This document shows positions 53,801-64,000 of a stretch of DNA of 64,000 nucleotides, piece after piece. Source of the DNA: Tubiluchus corallicola (taxonomy: Eukaryota > Animalia > Priapulida). The number at the start of each line of letters is the position of its first letter. Position 1 is the first letter of the stretch. Position numbers and translations under genes: made by a program. Below the pieces are notes generated by a model. That model had not been told where the DNA came from. It did not search any database and saw nothing but the letters and a program-made list of their open reading frames with translations. The stretch lies in assembly GCA_030141605.1 (NCBI GenBank), contig JAQGDQ010000327.1, forward strand, positions 62,001 through 126,000. Direction: 5' to 3'.

Positions 53801-55759
53801 AGGTGTACAAAATGACATCTTTGAGAAAGTGCCAGACGATGAACCAATTATGTGGTGTTCTCCATTAGTGGTACAACCTAAGCCGAAATGCAGAAAAGAA
53901 ACAGTTTTAGAACTGCATATGATTAGGGCTTCGGTAGACATGAGGGTGCCAAACAAAAGCATGGAGAGAAGCCGAATTACCCAAGCACCCGTAGTGGAAG
54001 ATTTCATATATAAATTCCATGATTGTACAGTTTGGTCAAAATTGGATCTCAAGCAGGGATATCATCAGCTCATGTAGCATCAAGGAACATAGGAACCTTT
54101 AGTACCCCGTGGGGAAATTATCGACCTAAACGCCTGATCTTTGGAGCAAAAGGGGCTCAAGATGCATTTGATGAAGTTGTGCAGCGTATTTTTGCACCTA
54201 TACACAGTTGTCTGAATCAGAGAGATGACATCTTAATTGGAGGCAAGGATGTGGAAGAACACAATCAAGCATTACAGCAGGTGATAAAACGTGCAAAAGA
54301 ATTTGGCATAACATTCAATAAAGGCAAATGCGAATTCGGAAAGTCAGAAATAGAATTTTATGGATACAAATTCAGTGCGTCAGGCCTGAAACCGAGTCCA
54401 GAAAAAGTAGAAGCTATTAAATACTGTAAAAAGCCCGAAGACAAAATAGCGGTTAAAAGCTTCTAGGGAATGACATCTTACTTATCTAAATTTATCCCAA
54501 GATATGCAGCAATTTCGAAACCATTACGTGACTTGACACATAAGAACACTAGGTTTCACTGGGGTTCAAAAGAAAGATCCAAGGAAGCCAATCATGATGA
54601 GAGTAGAAGCAAGTTTTGGTGAAGGCCTAGCAGCGGCACTATTCCAAAAACATGAGACAGCATGGAAACCGGTTCATTCCATCTCAAGAGCTCTCACAGA
54701 TCCTGAAACTAGATATGGTCAGACTGAAAAAGATGCCTTAAGTGTCAAATGGGGTAAAGACAGATTCAGAAGTTACTTGATTGGTGCTACGAGATTTACT
54801 ATCGTAACAAGCCACAAACCGTTACTACCGATGTTTAACAAACCAACAGCAAAAGTGCCACCTCGCATCATGAAGTGGGTTATGGATATGCAAGACGTAG
54901 ATTTCGAGTTGGTATATGAACCAGGAAAAGATGACAAAGATCCCCTCGATTTCTTATCACGCCACCCATTACCAATAAAGGGCAATAGCTCTACTGAGAA
55001 AATCATTGCATCAGTCATAGAGAGAAAATATTCTAAGACAATGATCAGTCAAATACAGCAAGCTACAGAAGTAGATCCGATACTGACGATGATAGCTGTT
55101 ACCATTAAAGAAGACAAATGGGAACAAAACAAAAATGAACTGAGTCTAATATTATCCTATTGGCACGAAATATACGTAGCAAATGGATTGATATTCAGAA
55201 TGGAACAGATTATTGTAGCAACAATTTTGCGGACAGACATCGTAAAAGAAAGCACATAAGGGACACTTGGGAGCAACCAAGATAAAGCAGTGGCTCCATG
55301 AGAAGTATTGGTTTCCACAAATGAACGAGATGGTGGATACTGTCCTGAAACATTGTTTCTCTTGTCAATTTGTCACACAACAACACCGGAAAGAACCAAC
55401 CAAACAAGTGAACTATTCCCGAGAAGCCATGGGAGGTAATATCAGCTGATTTTGGAGGCCCATATCCTGATGGACATTACAATTTGATTGTAATTGACAA
55501 GTGAACAAGATACCCAGAGCTAGAACTATTCCATCAACGAGTTTTAAACATACGAAGAGAAAACTAAAGAAAATGTTTGCACAACATGGTGTACCAGAGA
55601 AGCTAGAAACCGACAATGGACCACCATTTAATTCCATTGAATTTAGACAGTTTGCAGAAGATGAGGGTTTTACTCATCACCGTATCACACCGCTACACCC
55701 AAGAGCCAATGGAGAAGCTGAAAAGTTTATGCAACTAGTAAACAAAACAGAAAAGATAG

Positions 55760-55968
55760 TGTTCGGAAGATTTCTCTCTGCTTGCCCTTTAATCTAAAGT
55801 TGTACTTATTTAGAATTGCCTGTAAAACTTGGCTTCGTTATATGCATTTAGTAGGTCAACCAATCAGAATTGAGCACGTTTTTTAGTCTACTCATTGGAA
55901 GCGAAGAAATCGCCACGTATTTGATTTGTTCTGTAATATTGAATTTAAAATAAAAGTTTTTGGGATTT
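55760..55968 (+). repeat. BEL 5' LTR (3' end missing)
   Basis: Matches the 3' LTR up to tgggattt, then diverges. Confidence 0.93.
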
Positions 55969-56108
55969 TGGGATTCAGAGAGTAGTTATGCAGTGAAACT
56001 CGTCTGCGGTAATTTATGCTGTGAAACTCGTCTGCAGTAAATATCGTTATCGTATTCATCGTACTACATGTATCGGGTTTCATTTGACTTCATCGTATCG
56101 CCATAGCC

Positions 56109-59100
56109 ATGAGTCAGCAGCAACAATCGGCTGGAAAGGATAACGACGGGGTACGTAGCGCTAAAATTATCAACACTAGTCGGCAGGAGTTAAAAGCAGA
56201 AAAAGCTAGCGCCAAATCTGCACTTACGAAGTTAAAAAATAAACTACTGCAATTAATCAGTCAAGAAGTCCACCAGGACGAATGGGAAACACGTCAGAAC
56301 ATTTTAGATTTATTTGATAAGATAGACGAGGCGCAAAGTAGAGCAATGTCGGTGGTGGAGAATTTACTGGAAAATTACCTGGCAGATGAGACAGGGGGTC
56401 AAAAAATAGAAGAATGCATAGACGAGGTCATTGACGAATTGGAGAAGTTGTCTGACGAGTACGCGACAGTATACAGTAAAGCACAGGTCTACCTGCAAAC
56501 CTTAAAACTGGGACATGGAGGCGGATCTACTGCTACAGCAAGGGCGTCAGCAAACATCGAATCTGACAAAATGCATTCACCATGGGCTACGCCACCTGCA
56601 AAACCTCTCGGGAGTGATATCCCTACAACGTCTGCTACTGAACATTATAACGTAAAAGCTGAACTATACGAGGAAGCTCACTTCGATTCTGAGCAGCGAG
56701 AATTTAGCAACACATCAGGGACCCGCCATCAACCAGCTGATCGGTACAACACAGCAGCTACCGTGCAGCATGTGGACGTTTCCATAGGTGTTGATATGTG
56801 GAGGCAATTAAAGAGAGTTTCCATCCCGGTTTTTAATGGAGACAAAAAGAGCTACGAAAATTGGAAAGCAGCGTTTTGTGCTTGTATAGATTCAGCGCCA
56901 GCGACAGCAGAGTATAAACTTTTGCAACTTAGACAGTATTTATCCGGTGAGGCGTTGAAGGTCATTGAGAATTTGGGACATTCGGCAGTTGCATACCAAG
57001 CTGCTAAAGAGAGATTAGATAGAAAATATGGCGGTCGTCGACGACAGGTGGCGCTGCAATTAGAAGAGCTTGAAAGATTTAGGCCAATTCGAACTGAGCA
57101 CGCTAAAGAAATAGAAAAATTCGCGGATTTATTGGACTTGACCTTAGTAAATTTACAAGAGGCTGGTCGACACGAAGAATTAGGTAATGGATCACTTTAC
57201 GCAAAATTAAAGAAGAAAATGCCAGAAAGCATGCTGGCTCAATTCCAGCGTTGGTTATTCGAGAAACGTCGGGCAGAAAATGTTATTTCGCTAAGAGAAT
57301 GGATAATTCGCGAGGCAGAGTTTTACACAATAGCACACGAGACAGTTTATGGTTTAGGGGCCAGCAATTTGGACACAAAACCAAAACCGAGATCGTACTT
57401 TGGGACAACAGGTGATAACCAAGAAGCTGCAGTTTCCAGAAGTAGTCAATCACAAAGATTATGCAAAGTTTGCAATGGGCCTCACGGTGTTTGGAGGTGT
57501 GATGAGTTTCGCAAGATGAGCATTCCACAAAGATGGGACTCTGCAAAGCGGTTGAACTTATGCTATCGCTGTCTGGGGTCAGATCACCAAGGTCAAACCT
57601 GTCCACGTAGCAGAGTTTGTGGCATAGACAGCTGCAAATACAATCATAACAGATTTCTACATTCGTCAAAAGAAGTTAGAGAAAATAATTCGCATTTAGC
57701 CGCGACCAACAAGAACTACAACAATGCTGTTGGTTCTACACCGTCATCAACCAAACCTGCAGCTGAAGATGGTTCATCGCATCGCAGTAGCACATCGACC
57801 ATACCACCTGACAAACAAAATTCGGCTGTGACAATGACATCTGGCAATCCCAAGATAGTTGAAAAAATTATGTTGCGAACTATACCAATAATCGTGAAAA
57901 ATGGAAATCGTAAATTGACAATCAACGCATTATTAGATGATGCCAGCACAAGATCGTACATCAACTCGGGTGTAGCAGCAGAGTTAGGACTTGAGGGTGA
58001 GACTCAGCAGATTAACGTCAACGTTTTAAATGGGCAAACAAAAGTTTTCGAAACAAGACCTGTAACATTTAATCTACAGAGTGTCAACGGCCAGCTGGAC
58101 ATGAAATTCAGCGCATTAACGGCTGAAAGAGTTACCGGAAATTTGAATGTAATAAACTGGAATGAATGCAGTCACAAGTGGGACCATTTGAAAGCTATTG
58201 AATTTCCAAAACTAGGACGTCGCCTCATCGTAGACATGTTGATTGGCAGCGATTACACCGATTTACATTATTCGTACAGAGATGTTCGTGGAAAGCCAGG
58301 GGAGCCAATAGCTAGATTAACTCCACTCGGATGGACATGTATAGGACAACCAAATGATTGCGACAGTTATCGTGTTCGCACCAATTTCGTTCACACGTAT
58401 TTTTCGGCTGAAGCTAGTGAAATTCGGCTTGATGAGATGTTGCAACAATTTTGGCAGATAGATTCAGCTGGCACGATGCCAAGTTGCCGCATTCTGGATA
58501 TTGATGCAGAGAACGCTTTAGCTAAAGTAGAGAAATCCATGAAAATGACGGATGGACATTATGAGGTTTGCATACCATGGAAAGATAATTCAGTTGAGCT
58601 GCCTAGTGCGAAATTGAGCTACGAAAAGGCACTGAAAAGACTACAGAGCACCGAAAAACGTCTACTAAAAAATCCAGAAGTGGCAAAAATATACGAAGAT
58701 AATATTCAGCAGTATGTGAAGAAAGGCTACATACGTCAAGTGACATCATTAGAAGATCAGCAATGCGGACGATGGTTTTTACCCCATTTTCCAATAATCA
58801 GACCAGATAGAGAGACAACAAAAGTACGCACGGTGTTTGATTCGTCAGAAGAATGCGATGGAGTCTCGCTGAATGATGTCATTAGTCCCGGACCAAAGCT
58901 GCAGAGAGACTTATTCGATGTCTTGCTTCGTTTTCGTAAAAATCCTGTAGCATTGGTATCGGACATTGCAGAGATGTACTTGATGATTAAAATTGTTCCT
59001 GAGGACAGGGTTTACCATAGATTTCTCTGGAGGAATTTCGAAAACAGACAGCCTGACCAATATGAATTCGAAAGGGTCGTTTTTGGGGTAAATGCATCAC

Positions 59101-61829
59101 CATTTCTTGCACAATTTGTGACGCGGAAGCATGCAGAAAAATTTCAATTGCAGTATCCAATGGCTACAGAAACCATACTCTACTCGACGTATATGGACGA
59201 TAGCATGGATTCAGCCATCGACGATGAACAAGGCATAGAGCTCTACAGTCAGTTGTCCGGTCTTTGGGAAAAGGCTGGCATGCGAGCTCGTAAATGGTTA
59301 TCAAATTCACCTGTAGTGTTAGCCGAGATACCACAAGAGGAGAGAGCATCAGAAATTAACTTAGATGAAGGACTTCTTCCGAGTATAAAAACACTTGGAG
59401 TACTGTGGCTGGCAAAGGAAGATGTTTTCACCTTCAAACCAAAATCCATAGACATCGACAATTTCTTATTTACCAAGCGTAATATACTGAGGAAGTTCGC
59501 TACAATATTTGATCCATTGGGATTTCTGGCAGCATTTCTCGTTCGAGGGAAAATTATCATGCAGGAAATGTGGACAGCCGGTTTAGGATGGGACGACGAG
59601 CTTGACGAAAACTTGCAATGGAAAGCCAAAATGTGGTTTACAGAATTGATCGAGATGCCAGAAATTCATATTCCGAGATGTTTGGTCACGGAGGGGGGGG
59701 GTACAGATTCATGCACACTGCACACATTCGTAGATGCATCGCAAGAAGCCTATGCAGCAGTTAGCTATCTACGTTGTACCTATCCTGATGGAACTATATC
59801 GTGTAGACTCATCGCAGCAAAGTCTCGTGTAGCCCCTCTGATTGCAATTAGTATTCCACGACTAGAAATGATGGCTGCAATACTGGGGCTAAGGCTTACG
59901 GACCACATAGCTGGTGCACTAAACATGGAACTAAAAAATGCAATTTTTTGGTGTGATAGTATGAACGTTTTATGGTGGATAAGGAGTAGAAGTCGCACAC
60001 TGAAACCGTTCATCGCTAATCGTATAGGCGAAATTCAGAGTCAAACATTTCCACATCAATGGCGGCATGTCACATCAAAAGAGAATGCTGCTGATGCTGT
60101 GACTAGAGGGAAAACTGCAAATCAACTTATTAATGATGAAAAATGGTGGAGAGGACCGAAATTTCTTCACAAGAACGAGCAAGAATGGCCATCTAAAATT
60201 ATAGAATTTCAGCAAGTGGATGACGCAGAACTTAGAAAGCCAACAAAAATTAGACATGTATCTAATCGTGAAACTGCTGAAACTTACATTACTGGACCAA
60301 TACAAAACCAGGATGACAATTGGCGTCTAAAACCTGAGCGGTTTTCCAGTTGGTTACGACTGATTCGAGTACAAGCATGGGTACATCGTTTTCTAGAAAA
60401 CTGTCGTGATTCAAAACTGCACAAGAAGTTTGGAGAATTAGAGTCAGACGAATTGCAAGACGTTGAGATAAGCATTGTACGAAACATGCAACTTGAAGCC
60501 TTTTCACTGGAATACAAATTACTCCAGAATAACCAACAGTTGCCGAAGAATAGCAATTTATTAAAGCTGCAACCTAGATTAGACGAGGATGGAGTTATTC
60601 GCAGCGAAGGACGTCTCATTCACGCAGAATACTTATCGTACGATGCACGCCATCCGATCATTCTGCCTAAGAATAACTGGGTAACCAAGTTGATAATTGG
60701 ACATCATCATGAAAAAGCTCATCATGCAATAGGGGTGAATCAGACTCTTGCTTCACTGTCAGCTCGATATTGGGTAATCTCTGGCAGGGAAGAAATCAGA
60801 AAATTTGAGAAAGAATGTGCAAAATGCCGTAAGCAGAAAGCTCAAACTGCAACGCAAGTGATGGCACCAATTCCAGAGATCAGAGTGAAACTGCCTTTAC
60901 GAGCTTTTGCTAGGACAGCAGTGGATTTTGCTGGACCTTTTATTACAGTTCAAGGAAGAGGAAAACGTCGACAGAAACGCTATCTTTGCCTCTTCACTTG
61001 TATGACATCGCGGGCAGTGCATTTAGAGATAGCCTTTGGCCTTGATACTGATTCGTTCTTAAACGCCTTCTATCGCATGGTCAATCGCAGAGGTTTGCCA
61101 ACTGAGATGCTTTCTGACAACGGTTTAAACTTCGTAGGAGCGAACAATGAACTACAAAGTCTATTAGCGAAATTAGACGAAGAGAAGATTCAACGGACAT
61201 CTGCAAACCAAGGTATCAAGTGGCATTTTAACCCACCATTAGCACCACATTTTGGAGGAGCCTATGAAATAATGGTAAAAGCCTCAAAACGAGCCATATT
61301 CGCTATTCTCGGAAACGCTGACGTCACGGATGAAGAACTCATGACAGCATTTACCGGAGCAGAAGCACTATTAAATTCGAGACCATTGACGTACCAAACA
61401 GCAGATGAGAAAGATGACATTCCCTTGACGCCAAACCATTTTTTATTTGGGCAAGTTGGTGGACAATTCGCGCCCGAATCAGTGGATAACACAGACTTTA
61501 ATCCTAGAAAGCGTTGGAGGCGTGTCCAAGAATTAATACGTCACTTTTGGAAAAGATGGATGCGAGAGTGGCTTCCAGGACTCAACAGACGCAGTAAATG
61601 GAATCGTGTGCAGAGATACATTCAAGTAAACGACATCGTACTTGTTATATCTCCAAATACACCTAGAGGACAGTGGCCTATGGGACGCATACTAGAAGTC
61701 TACCCTGGTAGCGACGGGCACACTCGAGTTGCAAAACTGAAGATTGGCAATAGTGAACTTGCACGACCAATCACCAAACTCTGTCCACTGGAGTTCATTG
61801 AGGAAGAGAAACCCGACAATCAAAAGTGA
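56109..61829 (+). CDS. BEL/Pao Gag-Pol polyprotein (1906 aa)
   Basis: DUF1759-type gag, three Cys/His knuckles, protease ALLDDAS, RT YMDD, RNase H LHTFVDAS..AYAAV, integrase HHCC plus VDFAGP / SDNG / E, and C-terminal FWKRWMREWL..WPMGRI. Confidence 0.96.
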   Translation: MSQQQQSAGKDNDGVRSAKIINTSRQELKAEKASAKSALTKLKNKLLQLISQEVHQDEWETRQNILDLFDKIDEAQSRAMSVVENLLENYLADETGGQKIEECIDEVIDELEKLSDEYATVYSKAQVYLQTLKLGHGGGSTATARASANIESDKMHSPWATPPAKPLGSDIPTTSATEHYNVKAELYEEAHFDSEQREFSNTSGTRHQPADRYNTAATVQHVDVSIGVDMWRQLKRVSIPVFNGDKKSYENWKAAFCACIDSAPATAEYKLLQLRQYLSGEALKVIENLGHSAVAYQAAKERLDRKYGGRRRQVALQLEELERFRPIRTEHAKEIEKFADLLDLTLVNLQEAGRHEELGNGSLYAKLKKKMPESMLAQFQRWLFEKRRAENVISLREWIIREAEFYTIAHETVYGLGASNLDTKPKPRSYFGTTGDNQEAAVSRSSQSQRLCKVCNGPHGVWRCDEFRKMSIPQRWDSAKRLNLCYRCLGSDHQGQTCPRSRVCGIDSCKYNHNRFLHSSKEVRENNSHLAATNKNYNNAVGSTPSSTKPAAEDGSSHRSSTSTIPPDKQNSAVTMTSGNPKIVEKIMLRTIPIIVKNGNRKLTINALLDDASTRSYINSGVAAELGLEGETQQINVNVLNGQTKVFETRPVTFNLQSVNGQLDMKFSALTAERVTGNLNVINWNECSHKWDHLKAIEFPKLGRRLIVDMLIGSDYTDLHYSYRDVRGKPGEPIARLTPLGWTCIGQPNDCDSYRVRTNFVHTYFSAEASEIRLDEMLQQFWQIDSAGTMPSCRILDIDAENALAKVEKSMKMTDGHYEVCIPWKDNSVELPSAKLSYEKALKRLQSTEKRLLKNPEVAKIYEDNIQQYVKKGYIRQVTSLEDQQCGRWFLPHFPIIRPDRETTKVRTVFDSSEECDGVSLNDVISPGPKLQRDLFDVLLRFRKNPVALVSDIAEMYLMIKIVPEDRVYHRFLWRNFENRQPDQYEFERVVFGVNASPFLAQFVTRKHAEKFQLQYPMATETILYSTYMDDSMDSAIDDEQGIELYSQLSGLWEKAGMRARKWLSNSPVVLAEIPQEERASEINLDEGLLPSIKTLGVLWLAKEDVFTFKPKSIDIDNFLFTKRNILRKFATIFDPLGFLAAFLVRGKIIMQEMWTAGLGWDDELDENLQWKAKMWFTELIEMPEIHIPRCLVTEGGGTDSCTLHTFVDASQEAYAAVSYLRCTYPDGTISCRLIAAKSRVAPLIAISIPRLEMMAAILGLRLTDHIAGALNMELKNAIFWCDSMNVLWWIRSRSRTLKPFIANRIGEIQSQTFPHQWRHVTSKENAADAVTRGKTANQLINDEKWWRGPKFLHKNEQEWPSKIIEFQQVDDAELRKPTKIRHVSNRETAETYITGPIQNQDDNWRLKPERFSSWLRLIRVQAWVHRFLENCRDSKLHKKFGELESDELQDVEISIVRNMQLEAFSLEYKLLQNNQQLPKNSNLLKLQPRLDEDGVIRSEGRLIHAEYLSYDARHPIILPKNNWVTKLIIGHHHEKAHHAIGVNQTLASLSARYWVISGREEIRKFEKECAKCRKQKAQTATQVMAPIPEIRVKLPLRAFARTAVDFAGPFITVQGRGKRRQKRYLCLFTCMTSRAVHLEIAFGLDTDSFLNAFYRMVNRRGLPTEMLSDNGLNFVGANNELQSLLAKLDEEKIQRTSANQGIKWHFNPPLAPHFGGAYEIMVKASKRAIFAILGNADVTDEELMTAFTGAEALLNSRPLTYQTADEKDDIPLTPNHFLFGQVGGQFAPESVDNTDFNPRKRWRRVQELIRHFWKRWMREWLPGLNRRSKWNRVQRYIQVNDIVLVISPNTPRGQWPMGRILEVYPGSDGHTRVAKLKIGNSELARPITKLCPLEFIEEEKPDNQK

Positions 61830-62169
61830 AGTTTCTACAAATACTGCAGATGATCTGGACCACTGAAAATTATTACTATGATTTTGCGATTATTCGTTTT
61901 CGTACTACTTGCTAAAGTTTGCAAGAATTTTGTTTTTTGTAGTTAAACGTAAACGTCATGTAGCACAGAATGGAAAATTTTAATTACCGAATGTTAGAAT
62001 AACTTGAAACTTGTAACTCAAAACTTAAAATTTAGCTTCCACTGCTATGTGTATTGATGGTTAAATGGAAAATTAAGTAGTTTAGTAGAACTAGTTACAC
62101 TGTTGATTTTGACTAGATTAATAGATTTTGTTGATATGTTTTGTTAAAACTTATCAAAGAGGGGGGAAA

Positions 62170-62389
62170 TGTTCGGAAGATTTCTCTCTGCTTGCCCTTT
62201 AATCTAAAGTTGTACTTATTTAGAATTGCCTGTAAAACTTGGCTTCGTTACATGCATTTAGTAGGTCAACCAATCAGAATTGAGCACGTTTTTTAGTCTA
62301 CTCATTGGAAGCGAAGAAATCGCCACGTATTTGATTTGTTCTGTAAAATTGAATTTAAAATAAAAGTTTTTGGGATTTACTTCAAAACA
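62170..62389 (+). repeat. BEL 3' LTR (220 bp)
   Basis: TGTTCGG...CAAAACA; preceded by the PPT and followed by the TSD. Confidence 0.95.
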
Positions 62390-63357
62390 GATAGCACAGG
62401 TAGAAAACCAGGATAGGGAAATCGCAATGTTAGACATGCTTACAGCATATCGGGATACACCACATCCCGCAACATGCGTCTCACCTTATAAAGCACTAAA
62501 TAATCGAAATGTTGGAAGCAATCTATGCTACCAATCGCCAGATGGAGGAAAAGGATACCAGGATGTAGAAATAGATCAGAATGATAAAGAATATGAAGAA
62601 TGTAGAATGAAGAATAATGAAGAATGTAGGAAGAAGCAACAAACATACACTAATGCTAGGAGATTACGTCTTAGTGAAACAGAGGAAAATTAACAAATGG
62701 ACATCCCCATTCGAACCAATTTTATACACGATTACAAACATAAAAGGATCCCAAATTACAGCTAGGAGAACCACAGATGGGAAGGAAATCACACGTGACT
62801 CATCGCATTTTAAACTTGTCAATATGCTAATGAACATGGCAGAGAAGATAGTTACAGAAGACAAACGTGAAGAATACATAACACGATTTCAGAAAAAATC
62901 TGATTTGAAACAACAGCCTATTCACACAGAAGATGGTTGTTCACCGATTGGCGAGTCGCATAAACAGTCTAACACCACTTGTGATACCAATGCTACTGCA
63001 GAAGAAAGTTCCGTGGAAGGAGTACGGCGATCTAATCGACAGAAACTTTTACCCAGGAAATTTCAAGACTTTGTAATGACGTAAAGTTACAAGATCAAGA
63101 TGAAAAGAGTTTGGTTATCAAATGTTACGTTTGAATCAGATTACTTAGTTGCATTGATCTACATTGTATTACATTTAATTGAAACAAAAGAATTACAGTT
63201 GCAAACAATTTTTTGTTATGTCAGAATATTTTAAGTAAGCTTAATCCAAGACTGATTTGTATCATGTGCGAGTTCGATACTATGTTGTTCAATGTCAAGT
63301 TTGAAATTTTGTTTATTGTTACTCATTTTATGTTCTTTTCTCAAAAAAGGGAAGTAA

Positions 63358-63497
63358 TGTAGTGATTAGGAAATAAAATGAGCCGAACTGCGATGTTTTC
63401 GTAGCAAAAGATGTGCTCGATTGAGGCACCAGGCAAAGAAGAAAGAAATCAAGTTTATCTTGTAATTTTCTATATTTTAGCCACAGTAGACACAACA
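63358..63497 (+). repeat. Putative Gypsy 3' LTR (140 bp)
   Basis: TGTAGTG...CACAACA directly after a purine tract; no 5' partner in the window. Confidence 0.6.
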
Positions 63498-63652
63498 CTA
63501 GTCAGCTTCAAAAGTCTACTAAAATACCTTTTTGAAAAACAAAAATGTAAACAGGCAAGTGTAAATAATACTCAAGTTGAAACTGATGTAAAATTTTGAG
63601 TAAATAAGTAATGAGATAAAGTAATTGTCTAGTGCGTATAAAATATGCTTAC

Positions 63653-63773
63653 CTTCGGTAATGTGTACAATGTGAGGATGGTTAAGGCAACTCATTATCT
63701 CTATTTCTCTTTTTATCCTTACCAAATCCAAATCATTTTCAATCCTTGCTTTCCTAATCGTCTTGATAGCAAC
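63653..63773 (-). CDS. NUAK: NUAK/ARK5-family kinase, first coding exon visible in window (subdomains II-IV)
   Basis: Flanked by ...tatctAG and GTaagc; 121 bp; encodes [40 protein letters not shown], closely matching the NUAK VAIKSIRK...REIEIMSSLNHPHI region. The upstream exon with GxGxxG lies outside the window. Confidence 0.93.
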
Positions 63774-64000
63774 CTAGATAGAGATGGTGTAATATTAATC
63801 TTGACTTTTATAAAACTTCCGATAGGTCGTCCATTTAGATTTAGATGCTATATAAATGTATTTCTCGATAGCCGGCCTTCCGACTGCACTTAGGTATTAC
63901 ACATGCACACAGATTATGCGCCCACTATAACCAACAATCTTTTTTTCGGGTGCCTATGACAAAAACAAAAACGGCCCACACATCATGGTAATCCCATTTA

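Larger units (their letters stand above)
55760..62389 (+). mobile_element. Full-length BEL/Pao LTR retrotransposon, recent insertion
   Basis: LTRs 55760-55968 and 62170-62389 differ at 2 positions over the shared 209 bp; TG...CA termini; 5-bp TSD GATAG at 55755-55759 and 62390-62394; PPT aagaggggggaaa. Confidence 0.97.
52590..63497 (+). mobile_element. Decayed Ty3/Gypsy LTR retrotransposon (5'-truncated), interrupted by a BEL element
   Basis: Gag CCHC knuckles (CKKCHKKNHFASVC), protease PDSGADVN, RT (LDLKQGYHQL, NQRDD), RNase H (TEKDAL, TSHKPL) and integrase (H..C..C, DFGGP, TDNGPPF, NGEAE). The frame resumes at 62390. PPT aaaaaagggaag, then a putative 3' LTR. Confidence 0.9.

Noticed and set aside
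57925-57960. Protease motif DDAS as an inactivating mutation
   Set aside because: The catalytic Asp is retained in an otherwise intact young ORF; more likely a family variant.
57283-61492. Short antisense ORFs within the BEL polyprotein, and those opposite LINE ORFs and the NUAK last exon
   Set aside because: They are shadow frames of real coding sequence with no motifs.

Overview
AT-rich animal (invertebrate-like) genomic DNA, not prokaryotic. One host gene spans almost the whole window on the minus strand: a NUAK/ARK5-family (AMPK-related) Ser/Thr kinase. Six coding exons can be traced with GT-AG sites and matching phases: 63653-63773, 33127-33278, 24171-24236, 19811-19930, 18898-19033 and 5835-7279. 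The first coding exon(s), with the Gly-rich loop, lie beyond position 64000. The introns are full of transposons. These include a young BEL/Pao LTR element (55760-62389, intact 1906-aa ORF, GATAG target-site duplication) nested in the integrase of a decayed Gypsy element, and an older BEL gag split by a LINE. There is also a near-full-length CR1/L2-group LINE with a 2A-like peptide, a truncated LTR element with a perfect tRNA-Pro PBS and a hairpin array, SINEs, MITEs and a composite repeat cluster at 10.6-16.5 kb. I could not support a wholly new biological system. The best leads are the co-varying hairpin array in a sense-oriented LTR upstream of a kinase exon, a ~670-bp foldback in the likely NUAK 3'UTR, the BEL copy lacking an intact PBS, the variant 2A leader, and RTs with non-canonical YxDD motifs. 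All calls come from reading the sequence by eye; no searches were run.
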